Positions 46,027-55,911 of a stretch of 64,000 bases of DNA are shown one piece after another. Position numbers and translations under genes: made by a program. Below the pieces are notes generated by a model. That model saw nothing but the letters and a program-made list of their open reading frames with translations, was not told the origin of the DNA and did not search any database. Numbering within the stretch: position 1 is the first letter of the stretch; each line of letters starts with the position of its first letter. The stretch covers positions 42,074 through 106,073 of the forward strand of contig CAWITC010000001.1 in the NCBI GenBank assembly GCA_963838945.1, given 5' to 3'. The stretch is from an uncultured Acidobacteriota bacterium. Its GTDB lineage: Bacteria; Acidobacteriota; Terriglobia; Acidiferrales; UBA7541.

Positions 46027-47481
46027 TTACTGCGCCTTGCGGAGTTCGCGCAGGTCTATGCCAAGGTGCTGGCATTTCTTATAGAGGTGGCTCCGCTCGA
46101 GGCCAAGTGCCTTAGCGGCGTTCGTCATGTGATACCCGTGGCGCTTCAGTTCGGCGAGCAGCACTTCCCTTTCAAACGCTTCCGCGCGCTCGGAGAGGGT
46201 GCCTGAAAAGGCGGACACGTCCGCGCCGGGACTGCTGCCGCGTGCGCCGCCCGATGCGGCATTTGGCAGTGCGGCTCGGACGTCCTCGGCGGTGACAGTT
46301 TCGCCAGTGGCCACAAGCAGAAGACGCTCGACGACGTTTCGCAATTCGCGGACATTCCCGGGCCAGGCGTACCCCAGCAAATTCTGCAGTGCTTCCGGCG
46401 CGAATGGCTTTTCCTTCCATCCGTTCTGGGCGGAAATCTGCGCGGCGAAATGGCGCGCGAGCACGGGAATATCTTCTTGCCGCTCGCGCAATGGCGGAAT
46501 CGCAAGGGGAAAAACGTAAATTCGGTGAAATAAGTCCTGGCGGAAAGCGTTCTGGTGGACGAACTCTTCGAGGTTGCGGTGCGTGGCGACGATGACGCGC
46601 GCGTCCACGCGAATGGGCCGGTCCCCGCCGACGCGCTCGACTTCGCCTTCTTCGAGGACGCGCAAAAGCTTCGCCTGCATGGCAAGCGGCATGTCGCCAA
46701 TTTCGTCGAGGAAGAGCGTGCCGCCGTGGGCCTGCTCAAATTTTCCGGTGTGGCGCGCGGCGGCCCCGGTGAACGCGCCCTTTTCGTGACCAAAAAGTTC
46801 GGACTCGATCAACTCCGCGGGCACCGCCGCGCAATTCAGCGTGACAAACGGTCCCGCGTGCCGCGGGCTGCTTTCGTGCAGCGTCCGCGCGACCAGTTCC
46901 TTGCCCGTGCCGGTTTCTCCGAGGATGCAGACGCGCGTCTCGCTCGCTGCGACGCGGCGAATCTGCGCCATCAGGCGCTCCATCGCGGGGCTTTGCCACA
47001 CGATTTCATGCCGGCCCAGGCGCGTGCGAAGTTCGCGGTTTTCCTGCTCCAGGCGCGAGAGCTTCAGTACGTTTTCAACAGTGACCATCAGTTTTTCGGT
47101 CGAGAGCGGCTTTTCGAGGAAGTCCACGGCGCCGAGGCGCGTTGCGCGGACGGCCATCTCGATATTGGCCTGCCCGGAGATCATGACGACCGGCGTGGCC
47201 ACACCGGCGGTCTTCAAGTCAGCCAACAGAGCGAGACCGTCGCGGCCGGGCATCACGACGTCGGAGAAAATCAAATCGAAGCGCTCGGTCTTCGCGAGTT
47301 CAAGCGCGCGCGCGGCGTTGTCGGAGACGGTAGCTTCGTAACCTGCAAGACGAAATGCGCGCGCGAGCGAGGCAAGCGTATTCGCGTCGTCGTCAACGAA
47401 AAGAAGATTGGCTTTGGGAGTCACGATGCGTCGCGGTGTGTCATACGGTGCGCCATACCATGTGTCATGCGCCCGGGCCAT
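46027..47481 (-). CDS. sigma-54 dependent response regulator (NtrC/NtrX-like)
   Basis: LLFVDDD...[28 protein letters not shown]-terminal HTH ([18 protein letters not shown]). The ATG at 47481 overlaps the kinase 3' end by 17 nt; an alternative GTG lies at 47424. Confidence 0.9.
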   Translation of the reverse strand: MARAHDTWYGAPYDTPRRIVTPKANLLFVDDDANTLASLARAFRLAGYEATVSDNAARALELAKTERFDLIFSDVVMPGRDGLALLADLKTAGVATPVVMISGQANIEMAVRATRLGAVDFLEKPLSTEKLMVTVENVLKLSRLEQENRELRTRLGRHEIVWQSPAMERLMAQIRRVAASETRVCILGETGTGKELVARTLHESSPRHAGPFVTLNCAAVPAELIESELFGHEKGAFTGAAARHTGKFEQAHGGTLFLDEIGDMPLAMQAKLLRVLEEGEVERVGGDRPIRVDARVIVATHRNLEEFVHQNAFRQDLFHRIYVFPLAIPPLRERQEDIPVLARHFAAQISAQNGWKEKPFAPEALQNLLGYAWPGNVRELRNVVERLLLVATGETVTAEDVRAALPNAASGGARGSSPGADVSAFSGTLSERAEAFEREVLLAELKRHGYHMTNAAKALGLERSHLYKKCQHLGIDLRELRKAQ

Positions 47482-49387
47482 CGCCGGTCAGTCCAAGGAT
47501 GGATTCCGAGCCTGCCTTGTTGGCTGCCGGCTGCGTGGCGGCTTGCTCCGCGCCCGCGGGGCGCGGTGTAGTGCTCGCGCTTCCGTGATTGTCGGAGCCC
47601 GGCTGGCGCATGGGCAGCTCGATGCGAAATGTCGCTCCCGTGCCGTGCGCGCTTTCGACGGAAATCTTGCCGTGATGATCGCTCACGACCGATTGCACGA
47701 TCGCGAGGCCGAGTCCGGTGCCGTGGCGCTTCGTTGTGTAGTACGGCGTGAATAGGCGCTCGCATTCCTCTGGTGTAAGGCCGGTGCCGGTGTCGGAGAC
47801 CTCCACACGAACTGCTCCGTTTTTCTTCGCGGTGCGGATGGTAAGAGTGCCTCCCGCGGGCATGGCATCGAGCGAATTCAAAACAAGATTGCTGAGCGCG
47901 CGGTGAAGCAAGTCGGGATCGGCCTGAATTGAGGGCAGGCTCTCGTCCAGATAAAGCTCCGGGCGAATGGGCGGGCGGCCGATGATGCTGAATTGCGCGT
48001 CGTAGACGCGCACGGCGCTGCGCACTGCGTCATTCACGCTGACCGGCTGAAGCTGCGGCGCGGGCATCTTCGAGAAATCACTGAAGCGCGCGACGATGGT
48101 CTTCAGGTTTTCAAGCTCGGCGCGCAGCGTGGCCGTGGATTCGTCGAAGATTTCATCGAATTGCTCCGGCGTTTGCTCGCGCGCGCGCTGTAAGTTCTCG
48201 AGTGTTAGTTGCAGCGGAAAGAGCGGATTCTTCAGCTCGTGGGCGAGGCGCCGCGCGAGTTCGCGCCACGCGGCGACGCGCTCGGCCTGCACCAGACGGT
48301 CGCGCTGCTCGGCGAGCTGGCGCGTCATCTCATTAAAGGCGCGGCTGAGCTGGCCGATTTCATCGCGCGACCTCGCTTCGACGCGCACCGACCAATCGCC
48401 CGCGGCGACTTTGCGCGCCCCTTTCGCAAGCCGCTCGATGGGGCGCGTGACGCGCGCGGAAACCCACACGCTCAGCAACAGGCCGAGCAGGATGCCTCCG
48501 CCGCCCACGACGATGCCGAGCGTACGGATGAAATTTAATTGTCTTACGAGTTCGGCCTGTGAGCTGCCGACAAGGAGAACTGCCAGCAAATTATTGTCGC
48601 GGCCCCGCAGCGGAATCGCGTCGATACCCTCAGCGCTCGCGGGGTCGGCGGCGTTCCACTGAATGGACTCCTCGGTTTCTTTTCCCTGTTTGCGGACTTG
48701 CTCGATGAGTCCGGTGAAGCGGTCGGCCTGTGGCACCGGGCCGTTCACGTCGGTGAGCGAGGCGGCGTCAAAGGAGGGCTGCAAATTGGAGTAGAGCAGC
48801 GCGCGCATTCCGTCCGGAAGCACAAGGCTCGATAGAAAGCCCTTGTCGAGCTGGAGCCCGCCGACGACGAAGAGTTTTTTCTCGCCGACAGGGAGGACGC
48901 GCACAGCCGTGAGCGAAAGCCCCACGCCGTCGGCTAACTCGGTGCGGGAGAGAAAGGCGGGATCGCGATTCCACTCCAGACCGCGTGCCGCGACCCAGTC
49001 CATCTTATATCCGAAGTGGGCTCGCCATTCCTTGGAGGAAATGATCGAGCCGTCGTCCCCGAGAAGATCCAGATAGTCCAATTGGTGCTGTGCGGCAAGT
49101 CCGTCTGCCTCGTACACATACGTGGAGGGGTCGGCCTGTGGCCTGGCGAGTGTTATGGCCATGTTGGTTGTGGCCTGGGCGTCTACGATGGTGGAAACGC
49201 GAAGAACCACCTCCTCGCCGCGCTGTGCAAATTCCTTCCGAAATTGGTCCACAAGCGCGCGGGCATGCTGGCTGCTGATCTGCTCGAATTCACGGCGCGT
49301 GTATGAGGTGACGCCCCACGTGACGAGCGCCACCGAGATGACCACCGTCAGCGTGAAAAAGAGAGCGAGTTTGGTGCGAAAGCTCAA
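47465..49387 (-). CDS. membrane sensor histidine kinase (HAMP + NtrB/NtrY-type HisKA + HATPase_c)
   Basis: TM, ~270-aa periplasmic domain, TM, HAMP (RPIERLAKGARKVAAGDWSVRV), H-box AHELKNPLFPLQLTLENL, N-box LNSLDAM, G-boxes DTGTGL / GTGLGLAIV. TTG start overlaps the SBP stop (TTGA). Confidence 0.85.
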   Translation of the reverse strand: MSFRTKLALFFTLTVVISVALVTWGVTSYTRREFEQISSQHARALVDQFRKEFAQRGEEVVLRVSTIVDAQATTNMAITLARPQADPSTYVYEADGLAAQHQLDYLDLLGDDGSIISSKEWRAHFGYKMDWVAARGLEWNRDPAFLSRTELADGVGLSLTAVRVLPVGEKKLFVVGGLQLDKGFLSSLVLPDGMRALLYSNLQPSFDAASLTDVNGPVPQADRFTGLIEQVRKQGKETEESIQWNAADPASAEGIDAIPLRGRDNNLLAVLLVGSSQAELVRQLNFIRTLGIVVGGGGILLGLLLSVWVSARVTRPIERLAKGARKVAAGDWSVRVEARSRDEIGQLSRAFNEMTRQLAEQRDRLVQAERVAAWRELARRLAHELKNPLFPLQLTLENLQRAREQTPEQFDEIFDESTATLRAELENLKTIVARFSDFSKMPAPQLQPVSVNDAVRSAVRVYDAQFSIIGRPPIRPELYLDESLPSIQADPDLLHRALSNLVLNSLDAMPAGGTLTIRTAKKNGAVRVEVSDTGTGLTPEECERLFTPYYTTKRHGTGLGLAIVQSVVSDHHGKISVESAHGTGATFRIELPMRQPGSDNHGSASTTPRPAGAEQAATQPAANKAGSESILGLTGDGPGA

Positions 49388-50820
49388 GGTCTGTTGTTCC
49401 CCACGGCGTTCGGCTCCGTCTTTGGCATCGGGTCAAGCCAGACGTCTTCAAGACGCCACCCGCCCCAGCGCGGCGCCATCCAATCGCGAACATTCGGGCC
49501 CATTGCGTATATCTCCGGCACGAAAGCGATGGGGATGACGCTCCCACCATCCATCGCTGCGCGCTCCGCGGCGTATCGCTCCTCGGGCGTGTCCAAAGCA
49601 GGAGACTGAGTTCCCGGTTGCGCGGGCGCCAGCCGCATAAGCAACGCACCAAGAGCTTGCTGCGAATCCGGCGCTTCGATGTGCCAACGCACCAGTCGCA
49701 AGTCCGCGTTCGCTGTTGGCGCGCTTGTGTTCGCGGCCGAGACGTTCACGGCAATCCCCAGATCCCGGGCGTTCACCGCAAAACGCTCCGCAACGGTGGC
49801 CGCCACAGGGTCGCCTCCATCATAGACCAGAGTCAGGGAGCGGATGGCGGGAAGTTGCGCGCGGAGTTGCCTGGCCTGTTCCAGATTAGGCGCGGTGGGA
49901 AAAAGAAAGGCGTAACCCGAAAGCCACTGCGGCAAGAGGCTCGCAGCCGGCTCGCCCTGGCGTTGCAGAAGCACGTTCACGATGGCCGCCCGGTCGATCG
50001 CTTGCGAGAGCGCCTGCGCCAGACGCGGATCCTGCGCGGCGGGGCGGCCGGGTGCAAACGTAATCGCAAATAAGTCCACCGGAGAAGAGCTCCACACGCG
50101 AGCATTGGATTGCGCGGCGCGCCGCGCGAGGTTTGGGAGCACCTCGATGATGTCCGCATGGCCCAATTCAAGGTCGATGATCTGTTGCTGGGGCGCAATG
50201 CCCAGCGCGATTTCCACGCGATCAACGAACGGGCGGCCCGCCCAATATTCCTCGCTGGCGGTCAAGATAAGCTTCTGCCCCGGCTGCCAATCGGCGATGC
50301 GGAACGCTCCCGTGCCAAAAACGGTGTCCTGCGCGGCATGAAAAATGAAGCTGCGGCTTGACGCAAGCTCGATCGCAAGATTTGGACGCGGAGATGGAAA
50401 CGTGAATGAGACCGATGCGCCGGAAGCTGTCGCTGGCCAGTCTTGCGCCTGCAATGCTGCGGCTGCGATTTCGGCGGTCAATTTCGCGTCATCGTGAAAC
50501 TTCACGTCGGGGCGAATCTGAAATTGCCAGTGGGTGAAGTTGGCATCGTGTTGCCAGGATGCCGCAAGCGCGGGCTGCGGCTCACCGCTATCGTCAATCC
50601 GAATTAGTCTGTCAAAAACAAGCCCCAACAACCGCTCCGTCGCGGGCGCGCCCGGCGCAGCCGGATCAAATCCGCGCGGGTCCATCGAGTTGACGCGCTC
50701 GCGCATCTCCACGCGCAGCGTCCCGCCATACCTCGGCCGCTGCGCCGCATGAATCGCCGCCGCACAAATCAGGCTAGTGATCGCAAGCAAGACTAACTTC
50801 GTATGCTTCATAAAGACCAT
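49384..50820 (-). CDS. ABC-type substrate-binding protein, family 5 (peptide/nickel type)
   Basis: Signal MKHTKLVLLAITSLICAAAIHAAQ, then RYGGTLRVEM...NSMDP, typical of SBP_bac_5. No permease or ATPase genes are adjacent. Confidence 0.8.
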   Translation of the reverse strand: MVFMKHTKLVLLAITSLICAAAIHAAQRPRYGGTLRVEMRERVNSMDPRGFDPAAPGAPATERLLGLVFDRLIRIDDSGEPQPALAASWQHDANFTHWQFQIRPDVKFHDDAKLTAEIAAAALQAQDWPATASGASVSFTFPSPRPNLAIELASSRSFIFHAAQDTVFGTGAFRIADWQPGQKLILTASEEYWAGRPFVDRVEIALGIAPQQQIIDLELGHADIIEVLPNLARRAAQSNARVWSSSPVDLFAITFAPGRPAAQDPRLAQALSQAIDRAAIVNVLLQRQGEPAASLLPQWLSGYAFLFPTAPNLEQARQLRAQLPAIRSLTLVYDGGDPVAATVAERFAVNARDLGIAVNVSAANTSAPTANADLRLVRWHIEAPDSQQALGALLMRLAPAQPGTQSPALDTPEERYAAERAAMDGGSVIPIAFVPEIYAMGPNVRDWMAPRWGGWRLEDVWLDPMPKTEPNAVGNNRP

Positions 50821-52156
50821 TCTTCAAGCTGTGTACAACTACGTGCACTCTGTCTCCTGCAAACCATTCCAAAACTGCTGTTACTGGACCGGAGAATTCC
50901 ATTTTTGAACTAACTGCAACTGCGGTCTCGCCCTTGATCTCAAAGACTTGAAGATAGTCAGGCGTCGCGAAATCAGCTGACCCGGTTGCCAGAATTCCTG
51001 CCCCTCTGCCGCACCCTTCGTCCATCACCGCCATATCGCTTCCCCAATTTAGGATTAGGGCGACCGGCTGCGCTTCGTCCGGAACGAGCCAGATTCGTCC
51101 GTCAAGGCGTGATTGTAATGTCGCCTCGTTGCCACCGCCGCCCCACGTTAATTCGGAAAAGAATGCCTTTTCATTCAAAGGAGAAGTTTCAAGGTGCGAC
51201 GAGAAATCCTTCGTCACTTGCTCAATTGGCCGAAAAAAATTGCGGCCTTGCCCGAGTTCTTCTAGCTCCAACACATCATCTGCCGGGGAAAAAGACCACC
51301 CCTTCGCCGAGGGGTCGCACTTCATGGAAAGGCCAGAATGCACCTTCCCTTCGCACATGGACCCGGGGACCCCCGCCGAGAACTCTTCCTTATCCTTGCG
51401 ATACAAAAGATGTCCACGCGGATCGCGAGGCGTAGGTAATTTGTGGGGAATTTGCAGCATCTGGGTCAAATGCCATTGCCCCTTGGTTTGGTCGTAGAGC
51501 GAGATGCTGTCCCCTCCAAGGATGAGAATTTCTGAAGCGTTTTCTCCCTCTCTTTTAATGACTGCAAAATCGAGAATAGGATCAGCCTGCTGGAAAATCG
51601 GTCTGGCCTGAATGCGCACCAGAGTCGAGGCGTCGGTGGGTGCCGTACTGGTCGGTTTTGCAAATGGTGAAAAGATGGGCGTATTACCGCCTCCTTTTAT
51701 GTATTGCGCGATCCAGATGCGAGAGTTCAGGCTTTCGTTCAGACTTACGCGAATAATTATCTCAGGCTCTACTCCAATTGCGGAGTGGATCCCTTGCGCC
51801 AAGAGTTCGGTGTCAAAAGCTGACTGCGCCTCGTTCAGTTCTAGGATTGGCAGGAGTCCGCTAGGGTCACGAAATCCAATTTGGACTTTCTGCTTCTTAT
51901 CAAGTTGCGCTGCAAGTTTCCTCGCCAACTCCTTCGCCGCTTCATTCGCCGCCTCATCCGCGCGCACAATCGGCGCACCGGCGCCGCAGCATACGAACGC
52001 GTACAACGCGAGACCAATCAGCGCGCTACGGGAAAATCGAGCCCGGACTCTTCGAGGCTTTTGAGGCAATGTCCAACGGTTCACGGCAAGGCAATCTTTT
52101 TCCTGCACATCAATGTTAACACAGCAGAATGCCGGTTCTCGCGGCGCCCGGGCCAA
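50774..52156 (-). CDS. hypothetical exported protein
   Basis: 460-aa ORF with hydrophobic segment ALIGLALYAFVCCGAGAPIVRA (alternative GTG start at 52084). No family recognised. Its 3' end overlaps the SBP gene start by 38-47 nt. Confidence 0.6.
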   Translation of the reverse strand: MARAPREPAFCCVNIDVQEKDCLAVNRWTLPQKPRRVRARFSRSALIGLALYAFVCCGAGAPIVRADEAANEAAKELARKLAAQLDKKQKVQIGFRDPSGLLPILELNEAQSAFDTELLAQGIHSAIGVEPEIIIRVSLNESLNSRIWIAQYIKGGGNTPIFSPFAKPTSTAPTDASTLVRIQARPIFQQADPILDFAVIKREGENASEILILGGDSISLYDQTKGQWHLTQMLQIPHKLPTPRDPRGHLLYRKDKEEFSAGVPGSMCEGKVHSGLSMKCDPSAKGWSFSPADDVLELEELGQGRNFFRPIEQVTKDFSSHLETSPLNEKAFFSELTWGGGGNEATLQSRLDGRIWLVPDEAQPVALILNWGSDMAVMDEGCGRGAGILATGSADFATPDYLQVFEIKGETAVAVSSKMEFSGPVTAVLEWFAGDRVHVVVHSLKNGLYEAYEVSLACDH

Positions 52157-52321
52157 TTTCCATCACCCGAAAGCGGAATTCGTACGAAACAACCCGCGCC
52201 ACGCCGTCGTATATCAACTTGCAGGGGTGTGGGGAGTAATGGTGTGAAATGGTAGAATGCCGCCACTTCCCCGGACATTGAAATGCTTTCCGGGGGCCAG
52301 GGTCAGACCAAAAGGAGAGCA

Positions 52322-55300
52322 ATGAGCCGCGCAACAATTCCCAATGTAGTAGCGAACCGCGCGAAACTGATTCGCGCCATCAGGTGGTCAATAATTTGTG
52401 TGATTTTCCTCGCGGCGACGTTCACCGCCGCCGTGCAAGCGCAGGACACGCGCCTGCTGCGCTATCCGGACGTTTCCAAGGACCATATCGTCTTCACTTA
52501 TGCCGGTGACCTGTGGATCGTCGCGCGCGGCGGCGGGCAGGCGCACCGTTTGACCGCCCATCCCGGCGAGGAGATTTTTCCGAAGTTTTCTCCAGACGGA
52601 AAATGGATTGCCTTTACCGGCGATTACGACGGCAACACGGACGTTTTCGTGATGCCCGCCTCTGGCGGCGAGCCCCGCCGGCTGACCTATCATCCCGCCA
52701 ACGATCTCGTTCTCGGCTGGACGCCGGACGGCAAGCGAATCCTCTTCCGCTCGAACCGCTTCAGTCAGCCGCCCGATTACACGCGCCTCTTCACCGTTTC
52801 GCCCGAAGGCGGAATGCCCGAGATGCTTCCCGTTCCGCGCGCCAGCCTCACCAGCTTTTCACCCGACGGCAATCGCATCGCCTATTTGCCCACATCTCAG
52901 GACTTCCGCACCTGGAAGCGTTACCGCGGCGGATGGAAACCGCCCATCGGCATCTACGATTTGAAGAACAACACTTATTCCGAGCTGCCAACTACAAAGG
53001 GAATGGATCTATTCCCCATGTGGCATGGCGATACGATTTATTTCATCTCCGATCTCGACGGCACGATGAATCTCTACCGCTACGACCTCGGCTCGAAGAA
53101 AACCCGCAAGCTCACCACCTTCACTGAATACGATATCAAGTGGCCCAGCCTCGGCGAGGACGCCATCGTGTTTGAAAATGGCGGCCAGCTCTACACTTTT
53201 GACCTGGCTTCGGAACAGTCAACGCAGGTCCACATCACCGTCGCCGGTGATGATGTCGAGTCGCGCCCGGAACTTCGGAGCGTTGCGGCTCAAATCCGCG
53301 GGGCGGGAATCTCGCCGAGCGGTGCGCGTGCCGTTTTTGAAGCCCGAGGCGACATATTCACGCTTCCCGCCGAACACGGCAGCCCTCGCAACATCACCAT
53401 GACGCCGGGTATTCACGAACAGGATCCGGCCTGGTCTCCGGACGGAAAATGGATTGCCTATCTCTCTGATCGCTCCGGCGAATTCGAGATTTACCTGCGG
53501 CCCCAGATGGGCGGCGATGAAGTCCGCATCACCACCGACGGCCACGAGTACCGTTACGGGCCCCGATGGTCTCCGGACAGCAAGAAACTTCTTTATTGGG
53601 ATAAGTCTCTGCACCTTTGGTATGTGGACATCGATGCAAAGCATCCGGTCGAAGTGGATCGCGACGACCGCGGCCCCATCGGAGATGGCACCTGGTCTCC
53701 GGACAGCAAGTGGATTGCATACTCAAAGTCCGGCCCAAATCTCGCCAACTCGCTTTATCTCTATTCGCTCGACCAGAAGAAAGCTACCCATGTAACTACG
53801 GGCTTCTACACTGACTCAGAACCTGTTTTCGATCCCGAAGGGAAGTATCTCTTCTTCCTCTCGCAGCGCTTTTACTTTCCGAGTACTGGCGTGTTTGACG
53901 AGCGCTTCAACTATTACGACACCACGGGCATCTTCGCCCTGACTTTGAAAGCCGATGAACTCTCTCCCTTCCCTCCACAAACCGATGAAGAGAAACCCCC
54001 GGAGAATAAGCCCCCGGAAAAGCCGGCCACGAATGACGGCGCGGCCACTCCGCCTGCCGGAGCGCCCGCAGGCGGCCAAACTCCTCCCGCCGGAGGTACA
54101 CCGCCGGCCGGTCAGAAGGCGGAGGACAAAACTCCGAAGCCGACACAGATTGATTTGGATGGTCTCGGGAAGCGGGTCTCTCAGGTGCCCGTTCCGGCCG
54201 GGCTGTACCAGAATCTTAACGTTCGGAAGGGCAAGCTTTTCTATATTTCGGTCCCCCAGCAAGCGCGCACAGCCGGAATGCCTGGCCCTCCGCGGCCTCA
54301 ATTTTCACTCCACGTGTTTGACGTGAAGGCCCGCGAAGACAAAGTGCTTCTGGACGGCATAGGAGACATGTACGAACTCAGCTTGGACGGCAGCAAGGTG
54401 CTCTATAACGCCGGGCCCGTCTGGGGAATCACGGACGCTGCGCCGGGAAAAGCAAAAGTCGGCGACGGCAAGCTGAATACAGCGGGCATGCAAGCTCTCG
54501 TTGACCCCAAGGCCGAATGGCCCGAGATCTTCCACGAAGCATGGCGTATCGAGCGCGACTTCTACTACGACCCCAACATGGGCGGACTCGACTGGGCGAA
54601 AATCGGTAAGCGCTACGAAGCATTGTTGCCCTACGTGGCGCACCGCAGCGACCTCAACTACATCATCGGGGAACTCATCTCCGAGCTCAGCACATCACAC
54701 ACGTACGTGGTCGGTGGGGATACACCGGAGATCACGCGCGTGGGCGTGGGCATGCTCGGCGTGGATTACGATGTAGATCAGGGTTTCTACCGCTTCAAAA
54801 AGATCTTCGCCGGTGAGAACTGGAATCCCGCGATGCGATCACCGCTCACGGAACCGGGCTTGAAAGTGAAGGAGGGCAACTACCTCGTCGCCGTTGAGGG
54901 TGTCCCTGTTCGCGCGCCGATCGAGGTGTACTCCTACTTCCAGGGACTGGCGAACCAGGTCGTCACCCTGAAAATTAATGACAAACCTTCAGCGGACGGC
55001 GCCTGGGAGATCGTAGTCCGGCCCATCGGGAGTGAAGCGCAATTGCGGTATCTCGACTGGATCGAATCGCGCCGCAAAATCGTCGAACAGGCTACGGGTG
55101 GGCGCATCGGATACATGCATGTGACCGATACGTCCATCCCGGGCGTCATCATGTTCGACAAATACTTCAACGCGCAACTCGGCAAAGATGGCCTCATCGT
55201 GGATGAACGTTACAACCACGGAGGATCGATTCCTGACTTCTACACCGAAAAACTCCAGCGCCATTTGCTTGCCGTTCTGGCGCCCCGCGACGGCAAGGAT

Positions 55301-55711
55301 CTGCCGTGGCCTCCGGCGGCCATCCATGGCCCGAAGGTCATGATCGTTAATGAGCTCGCCGGCTCCGGCGGTGACTGTTTCCCATATTTCTTTCACGAGC
55401 AGAAAATCGGGCCCATTGTCGGGACGCGTACTTGGGGAGGTTTGATCGGCTATTCCAGGATCATCCCCACGATGGACGGCGGCTCGGTCACTGCTCCGGA
55501 ATTTGCATTTTGGGTTCCGGATAATGGAGGCCACTGGATCGTCGAAAACGTCGGCGTCGAACCCGACTACACCGTGCAGGAGCGGCCGGATCTGGTTGTG
55601 AGCGGTCACGACCCGCAACTCGAGAAAGCCATCGAACTGGCGATGGAAGCGTTAAAGAAGATACCGCCCTTGCCGCCGCGCCCGGCGTATCCTAAGAAGG
55701 CTCAGCCATAA
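52322..55711 (+). CDS. tricorn protease homolog (S41 family peptidase with TolB-like beta-propellers)
   Basis: ATG at 52322 after AAAGGAGAG. LLRYPDVSKDHIVFTYAGDLWIV..., repeated FSPDGKWIAF/WSPDGKWIAY/WSPDSK propeller motifs, and C-terminal S41 region (LIVDERYNHGG...). Confidence 0.85.
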   Translation: MSRATIPNVVANRAKLIRAIRWSIICVIFLAATFTAAVQAQDTRLLRYPDVSKDHIVFTYAGDLWIVARGGGQAHRLTAHPGEEIFPKFSPDGKWIAFTGDYDGNTDVFVMPASGGEPRRLTYHPANDLVLGWTPDGKRILFRSNRFSQPPDYTRLFTVSPEGGMPEMLPVPRASLTSFSPDGNRIAYLPTSQDFRTWKRYRGGWKPPIGIYDLKNNTYSELPTTKGMDLFPMWHGDTIYFISDLDGTMNLYRYDLGSKKTRKLTTFTEYDIKWPSLGEDAIVFENGGQLYTFDLASEQSTQVHITVAGDDVESRPELRSVAAQIRGAGISPSGARAVFEARGDIFTLPAEHGSPRNITMTPGIHEQDPAWSPDGKWIAYLSDRSGEFEIYLRPQMGGDEVRITTDGHEYRYGPRWSPDSKKLLYWDKSLHLWYVDIDAKHPVEVDRDDRGPIGDGTWSPDSKWIAYSKSGPNLANSLYLYSLDQKKATHVTTGFYTDSEPVFDPEGKYLFFLSQRFYFPSTGVFDERFNYYDTTGIFALTLKADELSPFPPQTDEEKPPENKPPEKPATNDGAATPPAGAPAGGQTPPAGGTPPAGQKAEDKTPKPTQIDLDGLGKRVSQVPVPAGLYQNLNVRKGKLFYISVPQQARTAGMPGPPRPQFSLHVFDVKAREDKVLLDGIGDMYELSLDGSKVLYNAGPVWGITDAAPGKAKVGDGKLNTAGMQALVDPKAEWPEIFHEAWRIERDFYYDPNMGGLDWAKIGKRYEALLPYVAHRSDLNYIIGELISELSTSHTYVVGGDTPEITRVGVGMLGVDYDVDQGFYRFKKIFAGENWNPAMRSPLTEPGLKVKEGNYLVAVEGVPVRAPIEVYSYFQGLANQVVTLKINDKPSADGAWEIVVRPIGSEAQLRYLDWIESRRKIVEQATGGRIGYMHVTDTSIPGVIMFDKYFNAQLGKDGLIVDERYNHGGSIPDFYTEKLQRHLLAVLAPRDGKDLPWPPAAIHGPKVMIVNELAGSGGDCFPYFFHEQKIGPIVGTRTWGGLIGYSRIIPTMDGGSVTAPEFAFWVPDNGGHWIVENVGVEPDYTVQERPDLVVSGHDPQLEKAIELAMEALKKIPPLPPRPAYPKKAQP

Positions 55712-55763
55712 CAAAGGGCCAACCTTAACCGCATAGGCGGTCGAACCTACAACGTATCAAAAT

Positions 55764-55808
55764 ACTTGCGCCCCGCAGCCAAATGCAGTCGGCTCGCGGG
55801 GCGATTTG
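55764..55808 (+). repeat. 45-nt hairpin element, copy A (diverged; terminator-like)
   Basis: ACTTGCGCCCCGCAGCCAAATGCAGTCGGCTCGCGGGGCGATTTG has 4 differences from copies B-D. The stem is preserved. It lies 53 nt after the protease stop. Confidence 0.75.
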
Positions 55809-55861
55809 TTCGGAAATTGGCTTGTCTTACATTCCCTTCGATCAGCAACCCGAAAGATGCC

Positions 55862-55887
55862 GGAACATTTCGCGGACATTTTTCGTT
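55862..55887 (+). promoter_or_regulatory. ECF-sigma-type promoter candidate (GGAAC-N17-CGTT)
   Basis: GGAAC at 55862-55866 and CGTT at 55884-55887, 24 nt before the ADOP1 ATG. The same architecture occurs upstream of ADOP2. Confidence 0.4.
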
Positions 55888-55911
55888 TCTTTCTCTAGTG
55901 ATGGAGGTCCA

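Noticed and set aside
55783-55911. N-terminal extensions and whole ORFs that start at the ATG inside the hairpin loop (ACATGCAGTTGG). These are ADOP1 from 55783, ADOP2 from 58414, ORF 61049-61399 and ORF 62701-63135, all beginning MQ(S/L)ARGA...
   Set aside because: The shared N-terminus is simply the translated repeat. Both ADOP genes have strong GGAGG-ATG starts giving the family-typical M(Q/L)TLIQD(I/V)RYALRML N-terminus. The other two ORFs have no protein-like features.
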